Below, in pieces: positions 37,606 through 49,444 of a stretch of 64,000 bases of DNA. Made by a program: the position numbers and the translations under genes. How positions within the stretch are numbered: the stretch's first letter is position 1; each line of letters begins with the position of its first letter. The DNA is from Chrysomallon squamiferum (lineage: Eukaryota; Animalia; Mollusca): contig CM022670.1 in assembly GCA_012295275.1 (NCBI GenBank), forward strand, positions 36,146,001 to 36,210,000, given 5' to 3'. A model generated the notes under the pieces. The model ran no database searches. It was not told where the DNA came from and saw only the letters and a program-made list of their open reading frames with translations.

Positions 37606-40600
37606 ATGTAGACTTCTGTTTATTATTCAGATGCTTTGAAAATAATAAAAGTATATGAAAACAAGCTAATAGAAAATTAGCACACATAACACATAACAGA
37701 AAATTATTTCACATGAATGATACATTAAATATTCCATAAATACTTAAAATTTCATATCTGTTGCAGACAATATTGTTTTACCTTATTTATTAAAAATAAA
37801 TTTGCAGATATTTCAAATTAGATGATTTTAAGTAGTTGCAGTTTGTCAAGTTTTCTTTCTATATAATGTGTATACAGTCCATATGTTTGTTTTTAATAAG
37901 TCATTCTGCAATCTGGATTCATTATAATATTTAAAAAATATATATTTAAAATAATTTATATAGAATCTGATACACTTGTCAAACAGAATACTCACCACAA
38001 ATGAAATTGTTTTTACTAAATTCCTTATGGCAACTGAATGTTAAAACATACAACATTTGACTTTTGGGGTTTTATTTATTATTTTCTTTCAATATTGCTA
38101 TCTAGGGAAAAAGAAAATTGTTCATTTTTAAATGTTAAAAGGAAATAAATGAAAATATATGTATATTTCAAATGACATGGTTTTAAAGTTCCCTGAAGAA
38201 ATGGAAAATAAGTCTGAAAAACTAGCAATGGTTGCTCAGAACTGTTGGAGTATCAGGATTGCAAATAATATTAGAACACAACATTCTAAAGTATGTCCTG
38301 TTATTTTTTTTATTTTAAAATTTGTTTTTTTTAATAAATTATTTATAATTTTTAAACAGTAATTGAGAAAATGTTATGGTGTGTTCAGTATGTATGGGCA
38401 GGCAACTTTCTTGTTTAATAATTTTGTTGTCAGAAATGTAATGAACATCGTATTTTAGCTGTTCAACACTTTTTATTATTTTACACATAAACCAAAAAAT
38501 TGATCCAGAATTTTAAATAGGAAAGAGTAAATCAATTTTCAGCTGAGCCAATAAATGGTATGGATTAAGATTTTAGTTTTCACAAAATATTTTTAAATAA
38601 TTATTAATTTTCTACAAAAAAAAAAAAAAAAAAAAAAAGCCAAAGTTAAGTGTCCATAATTGATAATTTTGAATATTTTCTGCAAAACTGAAATATAGAT
38701 CATTCATGCTTGAAAATAGGTAAAAAAATAACTACAATCATCCAGCATATGTGTACATGTTTGCATATTGTTGAATAGTTTTAAATCTGTCACACAGGTG
38801 TTAAATGTGAATAAAGAGAAAATTACCATACAAATATATTTTATAAAATTAGAGACATTTTATACATATATGTATACAGAACAAAGTTATAATTTTTTTT
38901 TTTTTTTTTTTTAGAAATGTTTTTGTGAAAAAAGTGATTCTTCCTAAGTTGTGCTTTGTTTTATGAATGCATGTATGCAGTATAACAACAGATTCTGAAA
39001 ATTTATTTGCTGAATCTGCCACTATGTTATTTCACCAGTCTCGGAATATTGTTTGACCATTTCATTGTAACATTGTCTTTCAGGAAAGTTACATTCCCGA
39101 AGTCTTGCCCAAACATCATCACATTAGAAGGGTAAGAGACTGTTCGATATGGGAAAATGTTCATGATCCTTAATTTTTAATTGAATATACGGGCCAAATA
39201 TGAACCTTCTGTGCTGAACACCTTTTTAACACATTTTTGTAAAATAATAAAGAATAATCCCATTTAGTACAATTTTTTAAGAATGATATATATTCTTTGG
39301 TGGAGACACATTTGTCTTTTGGACTGTTTGGCCACTGTCCAATATTTCAACATTGCAATATTGGTAATTATTATTATTATTATTATTATATTATTATTAT
39401 TATTATTATTATTAAATAAAATAAAATAATAGTAGTATCAACAAGTAGTTATTAACAACAATGTATAAATATTAAAATATGTTTAACACTAATACTTCCA
39501 CCACCACTATTCATTAGGCTGTTGGTATTCTGTACTATATTTCTGTTTTTGTTAATTAAATGTACCTATGTGGCTGTTGTGTAATAATAATACAAAACTG
39601 AATCTTCTCTGAAGAATGTGTCACATTTTAGTGTCAGGTTCTCTCAACACAATTCAGTAGAACAAAAATAAAAATTGCTTTAAATAAACACACACACACA
39701 TGAAAACAATAATTTATTCCCCATTTAGTGAATAAATAAGACATTTGTCATTTTCTGTATAATAACTAAAATATTGATTCTATTGATGGGATTATACTAC
39801 AGTAATGTAATTCGTTGCAATAAAAAGAACCAAACTGAGACACAGTTATAAAGTATCTAACCCCTGGTAATCAACAATAGTTGTGTTAAAACAAACAAGA
39901 CAGATGTTTTTAATATTCCTCTTACAGTGAAGTGATTTGCTAACAAAAACTGCTCTGTTCATCTTTATCAAAAAGCATAAAAATAATTTTTATCAAACAG
40001 TACAAGATAAATTTCATTATTAAAGGCCTAAACAAATTTTTAAAAAAGTCCTACATGATTTCATAGGTTGAATTTTATTTTTCCTTCCCTCCTAAACATG
40101 AATTTTTGGCTACTGTTCATTTCAATATTCTGAACAGATTTGATTTAGATGTTTTTAATTTTGAAGTACCTAAATAAAATTGTATTTTGTCTCACTGCCT
40201 GTACCCATATTTTCAGCAATACTGAACCAAAATGTGATTATAAGATCTTTTATATTTTATTATTTATTAATATTATTATTAATATTGTTTTGTTTAATTA
40301 ATAATTGGCTTGTTCTGCCTTCTAATATTGTCAGTAATATAGAATTTTTTTTTTGTTGTTGTTTTTTTCTTCTACTTCATTTTTTTTCTTGCATTCCATC
40401 TTTAAAACAATTGATCCAGATAAGTAACAAGATAATGTACACAAGTTAAATGACTATATTGTTAAAAATATCAGTTAACTTTGTCTTGATTTACATGTGA
40501 TAATAAAGGAAACTATCTCATTTAGATATATTTTCCAGTAATACAGATTTTAGTATTGATCTATAAGTTACGGATGCTGATAAAGAAATCGTTGCACATA

Positions 40601-42222
40601 CACTATTGCTATTGATTTTTTGACAGCTTGTATTGATTCTGATACTGTGCAGACTGAAACAGATATTTGTTCAAAAGGAATAGAAATGTTAATATCCTGA
40701 ATTTTATGAGTTTTTTTTGTTTTTTTTCTTGCATTAACTTCCAAACTGGTGCAGATCATTTTGGAAATTTTTTTTTTTTTTTTTTTAAAATGAATTACTC
40801 AATAATTTTAAGAGACATGTTTTTGTTGTTGTTTTTTTTAAAAAAGGATTCATATGTTTTTTCATTAGCTTAGTCAGATATGCATTTTTTTTTTCAGATA
40901 CACAATTGTTCTTTGCTTTCAGGCAAGATCATAAAAACCGTTTTATTCTTCACAAATGTATATGCCATTAGAAACAGAAATGATGAGTTTCACAAATTTT
41001 GATATTGTACAAAACTCACAAAAAATCTCAGTAAATATTTCTAACTTTAAAGCAAAACGTTCTGCATTATTTTATTTACTAAATAAAAATGTAGAAAAGA
41101 AATGGTTTAAACCTTTAAATATACCTCTTCTACAGATTCAGTTAAAATGCAAAATAAAATTTTACAATTACAAGAACTGTACTGTTTCCATTTATCATCA
41201 AAAAAATTTCAGTGTATTATTTACACACAAGGGAAGTAAGCTCTTTGAATTGAGGAGATAGTTTCTGATGACAAAACGTGTTCAAGGCCTACATTTTCTT
41301 CCAGAGTCCTTCCACTGAACGAGAACGAGAACGTGAAAGGGATTGGGACAGAGATCGAGATTGGGATAGGAAAGAAAGGAAAAGGGTAAACAACATGTTT
41401 TTTTTTTTTTTTCTGATTTAAATGTTACCTGGTATGCAGGCTCATCTGTCTTCCACAGGGAAAAGATGCTTCGTTATGTTCCATTTAAGTTAATGAGACA
41501 ATGTAAATACCTCGTAATGTAATGGTTCACCAAGAAGTGATAAAACGTGTTTATTTCATCCAAATAATGAGTACATGCAAATATATCTTAATGTAGTGGT
41601 TCACCAACAGGTGATAAAACTTATTTACATCCAGTTAATGTAAAGTTGTAAATATTTCTTCGTGTAAGGGCTCACCAAGAAGTGACAAAACATGTTAATT
41701 TACATGCAGTTAATGTGAAGTTAAAAATATCTCTTAGTGTAATGTTTCCCCAAAGGTGATAAAACTTGTTAATTTACATCCAGTTAATTTGAAGTTATAA
41801 ATATCTATTACTGTAATGGTTTATTAAGGGGTGATGAACCTAGTTAATTTGAACATATATATCTGTTGCAAATCAAAAATCAAAAATTGCCAGAAATATA
41901 AGGTTTAAACATACACTAATTGATAATAAAGAAGTTGCTACGGTCAGCAGTAATTTCATATATTTAAAACTTCATAAACTTGCGATCTGGCATTTATAAT
42001 TTTATCAGACATTGTTTCAATGCTTTGCCCAATTGAAATAATTTAGAAAGTTTTAACATTGTTGTGAATACTGTTTGTTTATTTCTTAATCCACTGAATA
42101 TTCTTTTTTAACTTTTAATCAAGTTTAAACTGACTTGTTTTGTTATGTGTAGGATCATTCCCTTGAAAAGGTTGAGGCTGACCTGAAAAGAAGACGAAGT
42201 GAGGAAATGTTTTCATCTCGTA

Positions 42223-42254
<32 letters not shown>

Positions 42255-43648
42255 CCATCTTTTTTACTTCTAAAGGAATTATTTTTTTCCTTTACAAATT
42301 TTTTTTTTTTTATTTATTTATTTATTTTTAATAAAACATTATTAACTAATGTATTATTGTGGAATTATGAAATACATTCATAGATATTATTTTTATTAGA
42401 GATCAAAATTTATGACACATTGACCAAGAGGAAAGAATTATATGTGAGGATACAAGAGATAGTTTCTGTTTACAAAGTAACATCTTTTTTTTTTTTTTTT
42501 TTTTAGGTTCAAAACAGAATGGAGATTCAGAAACATCATCCAAACCAAGGAGTCGTAGCAAGGAGAGGGACTGGCAGAGTAACAAACACCAGAGTCCATC
42601 ATCACGACCAGCTAAGTACGAAACAAGTCCAGTGTCTAGAAACAGAAATGAAAGTCCTACAAGAGCTGAAAGTCCTCTACTGAGGACAAACAGGCACAGT
42701 CCTCCAGTGAGAAGCAGGCATTTCAGTCCTCCAGCAAGACTTGGCAAACATAGCAGTCCTCCTCCGCCAAGATCTGTCAAATATGCGAGTCCACCACCTC
42801 GAGTTGGCAGCAGCAAGAAGGTGAACAGAATAATCAATATATTAGTAGTAATAGAGCAGGATGAAATATGTTAATTTTTTATTTTATTTTATTTATTTAT
42901 TTTTTTTTTTTGGGGGTCACAGTGCCTTTGATGTTAATTTATACATTTTAGCAAATATTTTCAAAGGAATTTTCTGAAGAAAAAAATAAATAAATAAATA
43001 AAGAGGAGAAAGAGTTTAATGAGTGAAGCATTATTTTTATAAAGCAATAATAAAAAGAATAATTTGATTTCAATCCAGGAAATGTATCCTCTAAAATGTA
43101 CCCACAATAAGACAATTGCATAAAACGGGTAAACTTTTTCTTCTTTTTTAAAAAAAAAAAATATATTTTCATTGCTTTTTAATTAATTGTAAATACCTTA
43201 CTTACTATATAGTTTTTAATTTTTCAGGATCTAGGTTCCTCAGATGAATCTCCAGTTAAGAAAACAAAAGTGAAGAAAGAAAAAACGTATCCTTTGTTAA
43301 ATTTATAAATAACAAAATGTTATCATCAAAATAGTACTTATTAGGTTTCATATAAATGAAGTTGTACTATCCAAAGAAAATACAGAATACTGAATTTCAA
43401 AAACATAAATAAAAATTAATTATTTTTCGTTAGGAGCGTGATGAAATGTCAAACTTGAAAATGGTGTATTGTTTTATTTACACGCAAAACTATATTGAAC
43501 TGATTTGTTTTTAATGTAGGGTTTATGTGTGTATGTGGATATTTGCTTGTCTACACTGCAGATTATACATACTGTGCAAGTTAAAATCACCTGTTTTGTT
43601 TTTCCTTAACATAGTTCTAGCTCTTCCTCCAAAAAGTCAAAGAAATGA
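16268..43648 (+). CDS. THOC2: THO complex subunit 2 (TREX mRNA export), about 39 coding exons
   Basis: Phase-consistent exons: 16268-16332, 17023-17173, 17403-17454, 18286-18356, 18703-18824, 19105-19241 ([19 protein letters not shown]), 19453-19613 ([15 protein letters not shown]), 19802-19897, 20150-20296, 20597-20769, 21020-21218, 21432-21592, 21762-21863 (YRLYGHWK), 22141-22225, 22458-22551, 22822-22902, 23147-23243, 23394-23511, 23802-23981, 24298-24462, 24769-24831, 25126-25220, 25672-25798, 26060-26201, 26459-26616 (LQLCIFPRC), 26888-27016, 29464-29598, 29872-29940, 32503-32618, 32791-32860, 33172-33271, 33540-33690, 34033-34454, 34906-34949, 41305-41385, 42153-42219, 42507-42820, 43228-43286, 43621-43648 (TGA). 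The low-complexity C-terminal exons are less certain. Confidence 0.95.
24910..24977 (+). ncRNA. C/D box snoRNA family B, divergent single intronic copy
   Basis: Box C GTGATGT, box D CTGA, terminal stem TATC/GATA. It shares TGCATGGTAGACCTGAGAT with the copy at 30596. Confidence 0.5.
27087..27154 (+). ncRNA. C/D box snoRNA family A, copy 1
   Basis: Box C GTGATGA, guide AAATGATAGGC, box D CTGA, terminal stem ACACC/GGTGT. Confidence 0.75.
27719..27785 (+). ncRNA. C/D box snoRNA family A, copy 2 (variant box C)
   Basis: CACACC-AGTGAAGA...GATAGGC-CTGA-GGTGTG. Confidence 0.6.
28085..28146 (+). ncRNA. C/D box snoRNA family A, copy 3
   Basis: ACC-AGTGATGA...CAAATGATAGGG-CTGA-GGT. Confidence 0.7.
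28546..28616 (+). ncRNA. C/D box snoRNA family A, copy 4
   Basis: Perfect 8-bp terminal stem GACAAGCC/GGCTTGTC, box C GTGATGA, AAATGATAGGC-CTGA. Confidence 0.8.
29172..29242 (+). ncRNA. C/D box snoRNA family A, copy 5 (variant box D CAGA)
   Basis: GATAAGCC-AGTGATGA...AAATGATAGGC-CAGA-GGCATGTC. Confidence 0.6.
29357..29417. repeat. (GA)n(GACA)n microsatellite
   Basis: Directly visible run. Other simple repeats include (CA)n at 1603-1640 and 61807-61852 and (ATT)n at 62551-62593. Confidence 0.9.
30101..30175 (+). ncRNA. C/D box snoRNA family B, copy 1
   Basis: GCATATC-AATGATGA, D' guide TGCTTACCAAA, D' ATGA, C' ATGATT, D CTGA-GATGTGT. Confidence 0.78.
30596..30662 (+). ncRNA. C/D box snoRNA family B, copy 2
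   Basis: TATC-AATGATGT...TTTACCAAATATGA...ATGATT...CTGA-GATG. Confidence 0.65.
31111..31186 (+). ncRNA. C/D box snoRNA family B, copy 3
   Basis: Stem TGGCATATC/GATGTGTCA, box C GTGATGT, GCTTACCAAATATGA, box D CTGA. Confidence 0.75.
31579..31623 (+). pseudogene. Internally deleted copy of C/D snoRNA family B
   Basis: TGACATATCAGTGA is joined directly to ATGATTCA...CTGAGATG; the guide and D' segment are missing. Confidence 0.5.
31895..31963 (+). ncRNA. C/D box snoRNA family B, copy 4
   Basis: Stem ATACC/GGTAT, AATGATGT, TGCTTACCAAATATGA, CTGA. Confidence 0.75.
32234..32306 (+). ncRNA. C/D box snoRNA family B, copy 5
   Basis: Stem ACATACC/GGTGTGT, AGTGATGT, TGCTTACCAAATATGA, CTGA. Confidence 0.75.
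39084..39131 (+). CDS. Candidate frame-preserving cassette exon of THOC2 ([16 protein letters not shown])
   Basis: Acceptor TCTTTTCAG, donor AGG|GTAAG, 48 nt, phase 0-0, compatible with the flanking exons. Confidence 0.4.
41485..41850. repeat. Minisatellite, about 5 copies of a ~73-bp unit, in a THOC2 intron
   Basis: TGTAATGGTTCACCAAGAAGTGATAAAAC...TTTACATCCAGTTAAT recurs at about 41527, 41601, 41672, 41746 and 41820. Confidence 0.85.
43287..43620 (+). other. U12-type (minor spliceosome) GT-AG intron, last coding intron of THOC2
   Basis: Donor GTATCCTTTG, branch site TTTCCTTAAC at 43601-43610, AG at 43619-43620, frame preserved to SSSKKSKK*. Confidence 0.85.
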
Positions 43649-44618
43649 TTGTATAGAAGAATCAACTTTGTCCCAAGCCGTCTGTGAATTACATACTGTA
43701 CAGAACATTGTGAATCCACTTTCTGTACAAACCTGTCGACTGTGATTTATAGTTGTGTGTGTTTCAGAGCAGTGCCTATCAAATCGAAATAGAGAAAATT
43801 CCTATTGTTTCCAGTTGTTAATAAAGAATATTATCTTTTACAATAACTATTTTTTTTTTTTTTTTTTTAATGATTGTAAAAATAATGTACCCAGGTAAAG
43901 CTTACTTAATGTCACTGTAGAATCAGTTCCTTCTGTGACGTGTTTTTAAATAAGTTGTTCATATCACATTCATATTTTGAAAGTAGTGTAATTCATTTTT
44001 ATCTGTATACAAATGTTTTTATCGATGAAATATATCACATAATTGTATATACAGTATTACGTTTTTAAGTGCTGATTGTGTACAGATTCTTAAAAGAAAA
44101 AATTAAACAGTATTTGTACAAATTCACGACATGTTTGTTTTTGTCTTAGTGGTTCCAGATCCATGCAACTCTTGTATGTATTTATCTGACATAATACTGG
44201 TGCTGGCTGTTATTTACTCAACAGAAACTTGATGTTATGAATGTAGGCTATCCATCAGAGATACTGAAATATTGCAGAGGATATATGTTATATGTAAAAA
44301 TGTTTTTCAGATTTGGAAACATTGACTAAAGAAGCAGAAATACAATGGTTTTCTGAATCAGTCTTCTGTTCACTTTTGGGATGTGACCTGCTAAGATAAT
44401 GTCTCTAAACAGTTTAATCTAAGTGCATATGGCAATCTTCATATAAAAGATTCATTTATACTAATTAATAAAAATAGTCATAATGGACAGTATTAGGTTT
44501 CCAATAATCACTGTTACACTGGCTGTACAAATGGATTGTGTAAAAAAAAAAAAAAAAGAATTTGATAGTTTTTTTTTTTTTTTTTTTTCAAAATACAGTT
44601 ATAAAACAGTGTAATGCC

Positions 44619-46252
44619 ACTGTAAAAGAATATTTGTTCCCCCAGGAAGAAGTATTCCAGAAATACTTGTAACATGGAGGAAACAAAAGTTTGTTCCTAC
44701 CCTTGAACATTGTTTTCCATCCCTAAGCATGGAGGAACTATTGGTTCCCAATGCTTTAAGTTACAGAATCAGAGTGAAATTTTCAGACTTGAATAACAGT
44801 ACATTTTTTAAAATTCATTTTCCTCAATATTTTCACACCAGTGTACTAACTATCCTTGTTGCCTAGCTGTTACCTCATAATAAGCAAGCCAGAATTTTAC
44901 ATTTACACAGAAAAACTGTTTAAGATGCTCTAAGGTAAAAGACCTAACAGTTTTCAGTGATACTTGCCTTTTTAAAACTACTTTGCTTCTTTCAAGTTCC
45001 ATAATTATTAAACATGTCAGATGAATGTTTTTCACCACCCACTGGAGCTATGACTATCAGGTAACAAAATGCAGATTTAAACAATATGGATTGCATTTCC
45101 TTCAAATTTAAAATTACCATGATCTGATTTTGTGTTTTATAAACTTAATGACTGGACAACATTGAAGTGATACCCTTTTGTGTGGTGTACACTCAATGGT
45201 TCTGAAAGGTCATGTCCAACTGAAGTAGACACTCTTAACATGAAGAAGCCCAAGGAGTTTTGTATTAGTTTTGGTGCTGTTGGAGACAGAAATTTAGCTT
45301 GGCTTGTCTTGTCTTCCCTTCCTCTGGAATAGTCCACTGCTTTGGAAGACGTGTTCAGATGACGCTATGGATTCTTTCCATATGTGATGGTGGCATAGGT
45401 TTCTGTTCCTTTTTTGATGGGGTACTGCCATCATTACTTGGTCTTTTTTTGTCATCCATCTGGGAGCTTTGGGTAGAGCAATACTGAAGTATCAGTAGAG
45501 TGAAATTTATAACAAAATTTCAAAGAAACTGAAGAATACCACTGGCATGCTTTTAAATGTGCACAGAATGAAAGACTGGGTAATTTGTAGCAAATACGTG
45601 AGGCAGTGCTCTATGTATTGAGTAAGCCTTTCCAACTGCTAATATATGCTGTTACCATATACTCTTTACAACATACTAAGACATGTTTATTGTATTGTTT
45701 GAGATGAGAATACTTAACAATATTAAAAGCTTGACTATTTCACCAGTTATCATCATAATAATTGGTGTATATCAAGTTGAAGAGTCTGATCAATGGACTT
45801 ACATCAGGTTCAAACAAGTGTCTTGATAAAATGATAAAAATGACAGAGGCTGTGTCAATGTAATACTTTATTTAAAAGGCACAGTGCAACATATTTCAAT
45901 GTTGGGGTACAGATAATAAAAGAGTTATCAATAATAAATGGATTTAGGGTTGAATATTTTCACCTTCATTTAAAAAAAAGAAGAAAAAAAGGAATATCCC
46001 TGATTTTAAGATGGGAGTAGTGATTATGTATCCCTCAGTTACTTTTCCATCTATCTACAATTTTGCAGTGGTGTTTAGTCGTTTTCATTAGATACACTAT
46101 GCAGCAATTACTACAGATAGAATACTGAACTATATCAGAAAATAATCACAGAATGGGGGGAACAAATATTCACGAATCGTTTTTCCTAGAGGGAAACAAA
46201 GATTTGTTTAGGAAGGAATGAAAATTCGGGGGAAAAAATATTCTCTAACACC
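44619..46252. mobile_element. Degenerate DNA transposon with TIRs, possibly hAT-like
   Basis: Left CACTGTAAAAGAATATTTGTTCCCCC versus right GGGGGAAAAAATATTCTCTAACACCG (inverted), with an internal inverted subterminal copy at about 46155. A stop-riddled minus-strand segment reads LPKAPRWMTKKRPSNDGS. Confidence 0.4.
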
Positions 46253-47033
46253 GCCATTTTACCCAGTTAAAGGGTCATCACATTACGTATATGGCTGACT
46301 CAGCTGTATTTTGGTAACGCTAAACAAATTTTATAGCTGTGTACGAGATGACGTCACGACTCTTGGGTGTTATACACTATTATTAATTAAAGATTGGACA
46401 GCAAGAAAAAAAATAGAAATAAAAGAACTTGAGAAAAATGTGTAGACTATTCCTTTTTTATAACCAAAGAGTGTAATTTAAAAATATATATATATATTTT
46501 TTTTATTTCCTTTTCTAGAATAATATTCCCACTTCTATCATAACAAACAGCTGAGACAACTTATAAAATTTATTTTATTTTTATACATTTGTAATAGTGA
46601 TAACATAAACATAAATTCTATGCTTCCTCGCAGTTCGTGAATTAATACAGATTCTGAAATTCGTTTATTTCAAGTCCTTCAATCACTGAACGAAAGAAAG
46701 AAAGAAAAACAACATACAGTTGTTTTGTTTCTTAAAAACTGCTAAAAACAGATTCCAGGGCTTTTTCGTGTCATTGAAAATATGTAACGCAAATAAAATT
46801 TTATCGTTCCAATATTAGTCATCTTCTTTTCCTAATTATAAGTCCCTCCATTTTGAAATGAATCTGTGACTTCATGTCTAACAGAAACATTAAAAAAAAA
46901 AAAAAAAAAAAAAAGAAGAAGAAAAAACAAAAATGGCATTTAAACTTGTATGAAAATATATAGATAAATACTTATTTAAAGTCTTTTATCTTTGCACTAG
47001 CTGATACGTTTTTCTTTCAGTCATGGTCCACTT

Positions 47034-49444
47034 TTATGTGGACTTAGTTGTGTCAATGAAAAGCACCAGAATCCTAGAAATATAAAGAAAAAGAATATAA
47101 AGACACTTGAATTAAAAGATTCCATATATATATATATAAGAAGAAGAAAACAAACACAAAACAAACAAAACACAAAACAAACAAAACACAAAACAAATGA
47201 ACACCACAAACATATATGCTAGTACTGACCTTGCAGTTGTAAAAAATGTATAAAACAGGTTAATTTAATTTAATTTATTCACGATTTCATTAGCATTCAT
47301 TAACTACGTTTCAATTTTAAAAAAAATAATAATAAATATATCAGATTAGAAGGCGTTTTATGTTTTGAAATCTAATTATTTCAAAATACTTTCAGTTTAA
47401 TTTAAATAATTGAATCTTAAATACTTCACCTTTCTTCTGGTACTTTTAATTCTGTGGCGACGAACTGGGCTATTTTAGACGCATAGTTATGCTTGGAATC
47501 CTGGGTAATACTTTTAGAGTTGTGGTACAAGTTTATGTTGAGCATTGAGGCCGAGCTTCCTTCCCGCATCATTAGCACATCCGTATGCAGCTCGAGAATG
47601 ACATTCTGTATGTATTGAATAAATAAACACAAAAAGCTAAACTCTAAGAAACGTAACGATTAGGTCACACAAGCATTTATCTTTATTAAGAGGTATAAGA
47701 GGTTTACCTTTTTAAATTTAAATTTTTAAATTTTTATTTTTTAAATTATATTCTTTAACTATTATTACAATAAAGCATTCTATTTATTTATTTATTTACT
47801 GAAGGGCCAGTTGTGTAGGACACAAGTAGAAGTTTTAATGGCGGTCATATTAAATGAATTTCTGTTTCAAATGACTAAATGCTTTTTGTGTTCTTATAGC
47901 AATATTTTCAACTCGTCAAAATACTCAGAAATTGATTTTTATTTTATTTAATATATACATATATATAACTTCACGAATGCTCCTAGCATTAATTCCCAAC
48001 AGTACAAACACAGTTCGTTGAAACTAGCGGAAATATGTACTTCATTAAATGTATACTACAGCTGTTAACAACCCTGGATGATGTCTGAAAGCGAAATTGC
48101 CAGTGGTCTTCTATCATTTTATTACAAAATCAGATTTAATCTGTCTAATTAAGATACTGAACATTTATGTCCGTAGACCAAATAAGCTAATATATATTAT
48201 ACTGAAAGCTCAGTTTTTAACAGTTCCTGTTATTACTGTTTCTGACTGCTGGAAGTGCAACAGAGACATTAGTTCCAGTAATGCGTGGTTTTGGTAAGAA
48301 AAATGAATGTAATGGATCAAAAAAATAACAAACATAAATCATAGTATTCTTCAGATAATGGGTATTTCATCGCGGGAAAGCTTAAACAATTTCTGTTCCA
48401 CGTTGGCGTGTGAAAAGTCATTAATTGAAACATGAACTCTTCATATAGTATTAAACTGATCAAAAGTCAGTAACTTCTGATATTAATTGTGGAGTATTGC
48501 CAATCCCATTTTTCATGGGATACAATCAAAACTGCCATAATCAAAACACTGCCAAACATGTTTGCGTGAGGATTAGTCCATACTAATTAAAGATTTAATA
48601 TGAATTAATAAACGCAGTGGATTAAAAAGGGCATTTTGAAAGTATTTCATGAATCGTTAGTATCTAAAAAATACAAATTTTAAGTTCGTGTTATTTTCTA
48701 AAACATACTGACTGTACGGGGAATTACGTTGTCCGGACAAACCAGTATATTATCTCTCTATCAAATTATTTCCTTCATTTGTTCGTCAAAATAAACTTCG
48801 ACAATAGTGAGCATTCAGTAGTGACACTGCGGATAATACAACATGCTAATAATATAATTTATTCAATCGTAGGTACTTCTGATGTCGCGCTCATCGGACA
48901 TTTTCTAGGACATGTTAAAAAAAAAATTCTGTATTGTTCACATTCCAGCGTTATCTAATATAAAATATATTAAATCTGTTTATGGCGATTGAAATTTATT
49001 TATGCTACAAGAAATAAATCATACATTTTAATTCTTACGGGTGTCTGAATACAACATTTTTATTTATTTATTTTATTATATTTATTAATTGTAGTTATTT
49101 ACGTAGGGCCTATATTTTATTATTATTATTATTATTTTGTTGTTATTTATTTATTATTTTATTTTACTTTACTTTATTATTATTTCGTTTGTTGTGTCTT
49201 GTCTTCAGAATCAATTACACAGCTTGTAATATAAAGTATCATGAAATCTGCGCCTGTAACAATAAAACTGTCAAGGCTGTAGAGATATTTATTTGATTAA
49301 CTCACAAAATAATATTAAATCACTACATACCTTAGATTCCGTTTCAACTAGCTGAGCTAGGTAATCTGTTAATTTTCCTAAAAATTCTTTTTTCAAAGAT
49401 TTCGACGGCAGATTAGTTCTGAGAATAGCTGCCACGTTAATCAT
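47034..49444 (-). CDS. Divergent macrophage migration inhibitory factor / D-dopachrome tautomerase-like protein (about 109 aa, no Pro-1)
   Basis: Exons 49444-49331 (MINVAAILRTNLPSKSLKKEFLGKLTDYLAQLVETESK), 47605-47430 (NVILELHTDVLMMREGSSASMLNINLYHNSKSITQDSKHNYASKIAQFVATELKVPEE-R) and 47073-47034 (ILVLFIDTTKST*). Splice sites are GT-AG with phases 0 and 2. This matches the 3-exon MIF layout (xTN[VL]P start, exon 2 ending ..L.[IV]..[DE]R). Confidence 0.75.
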
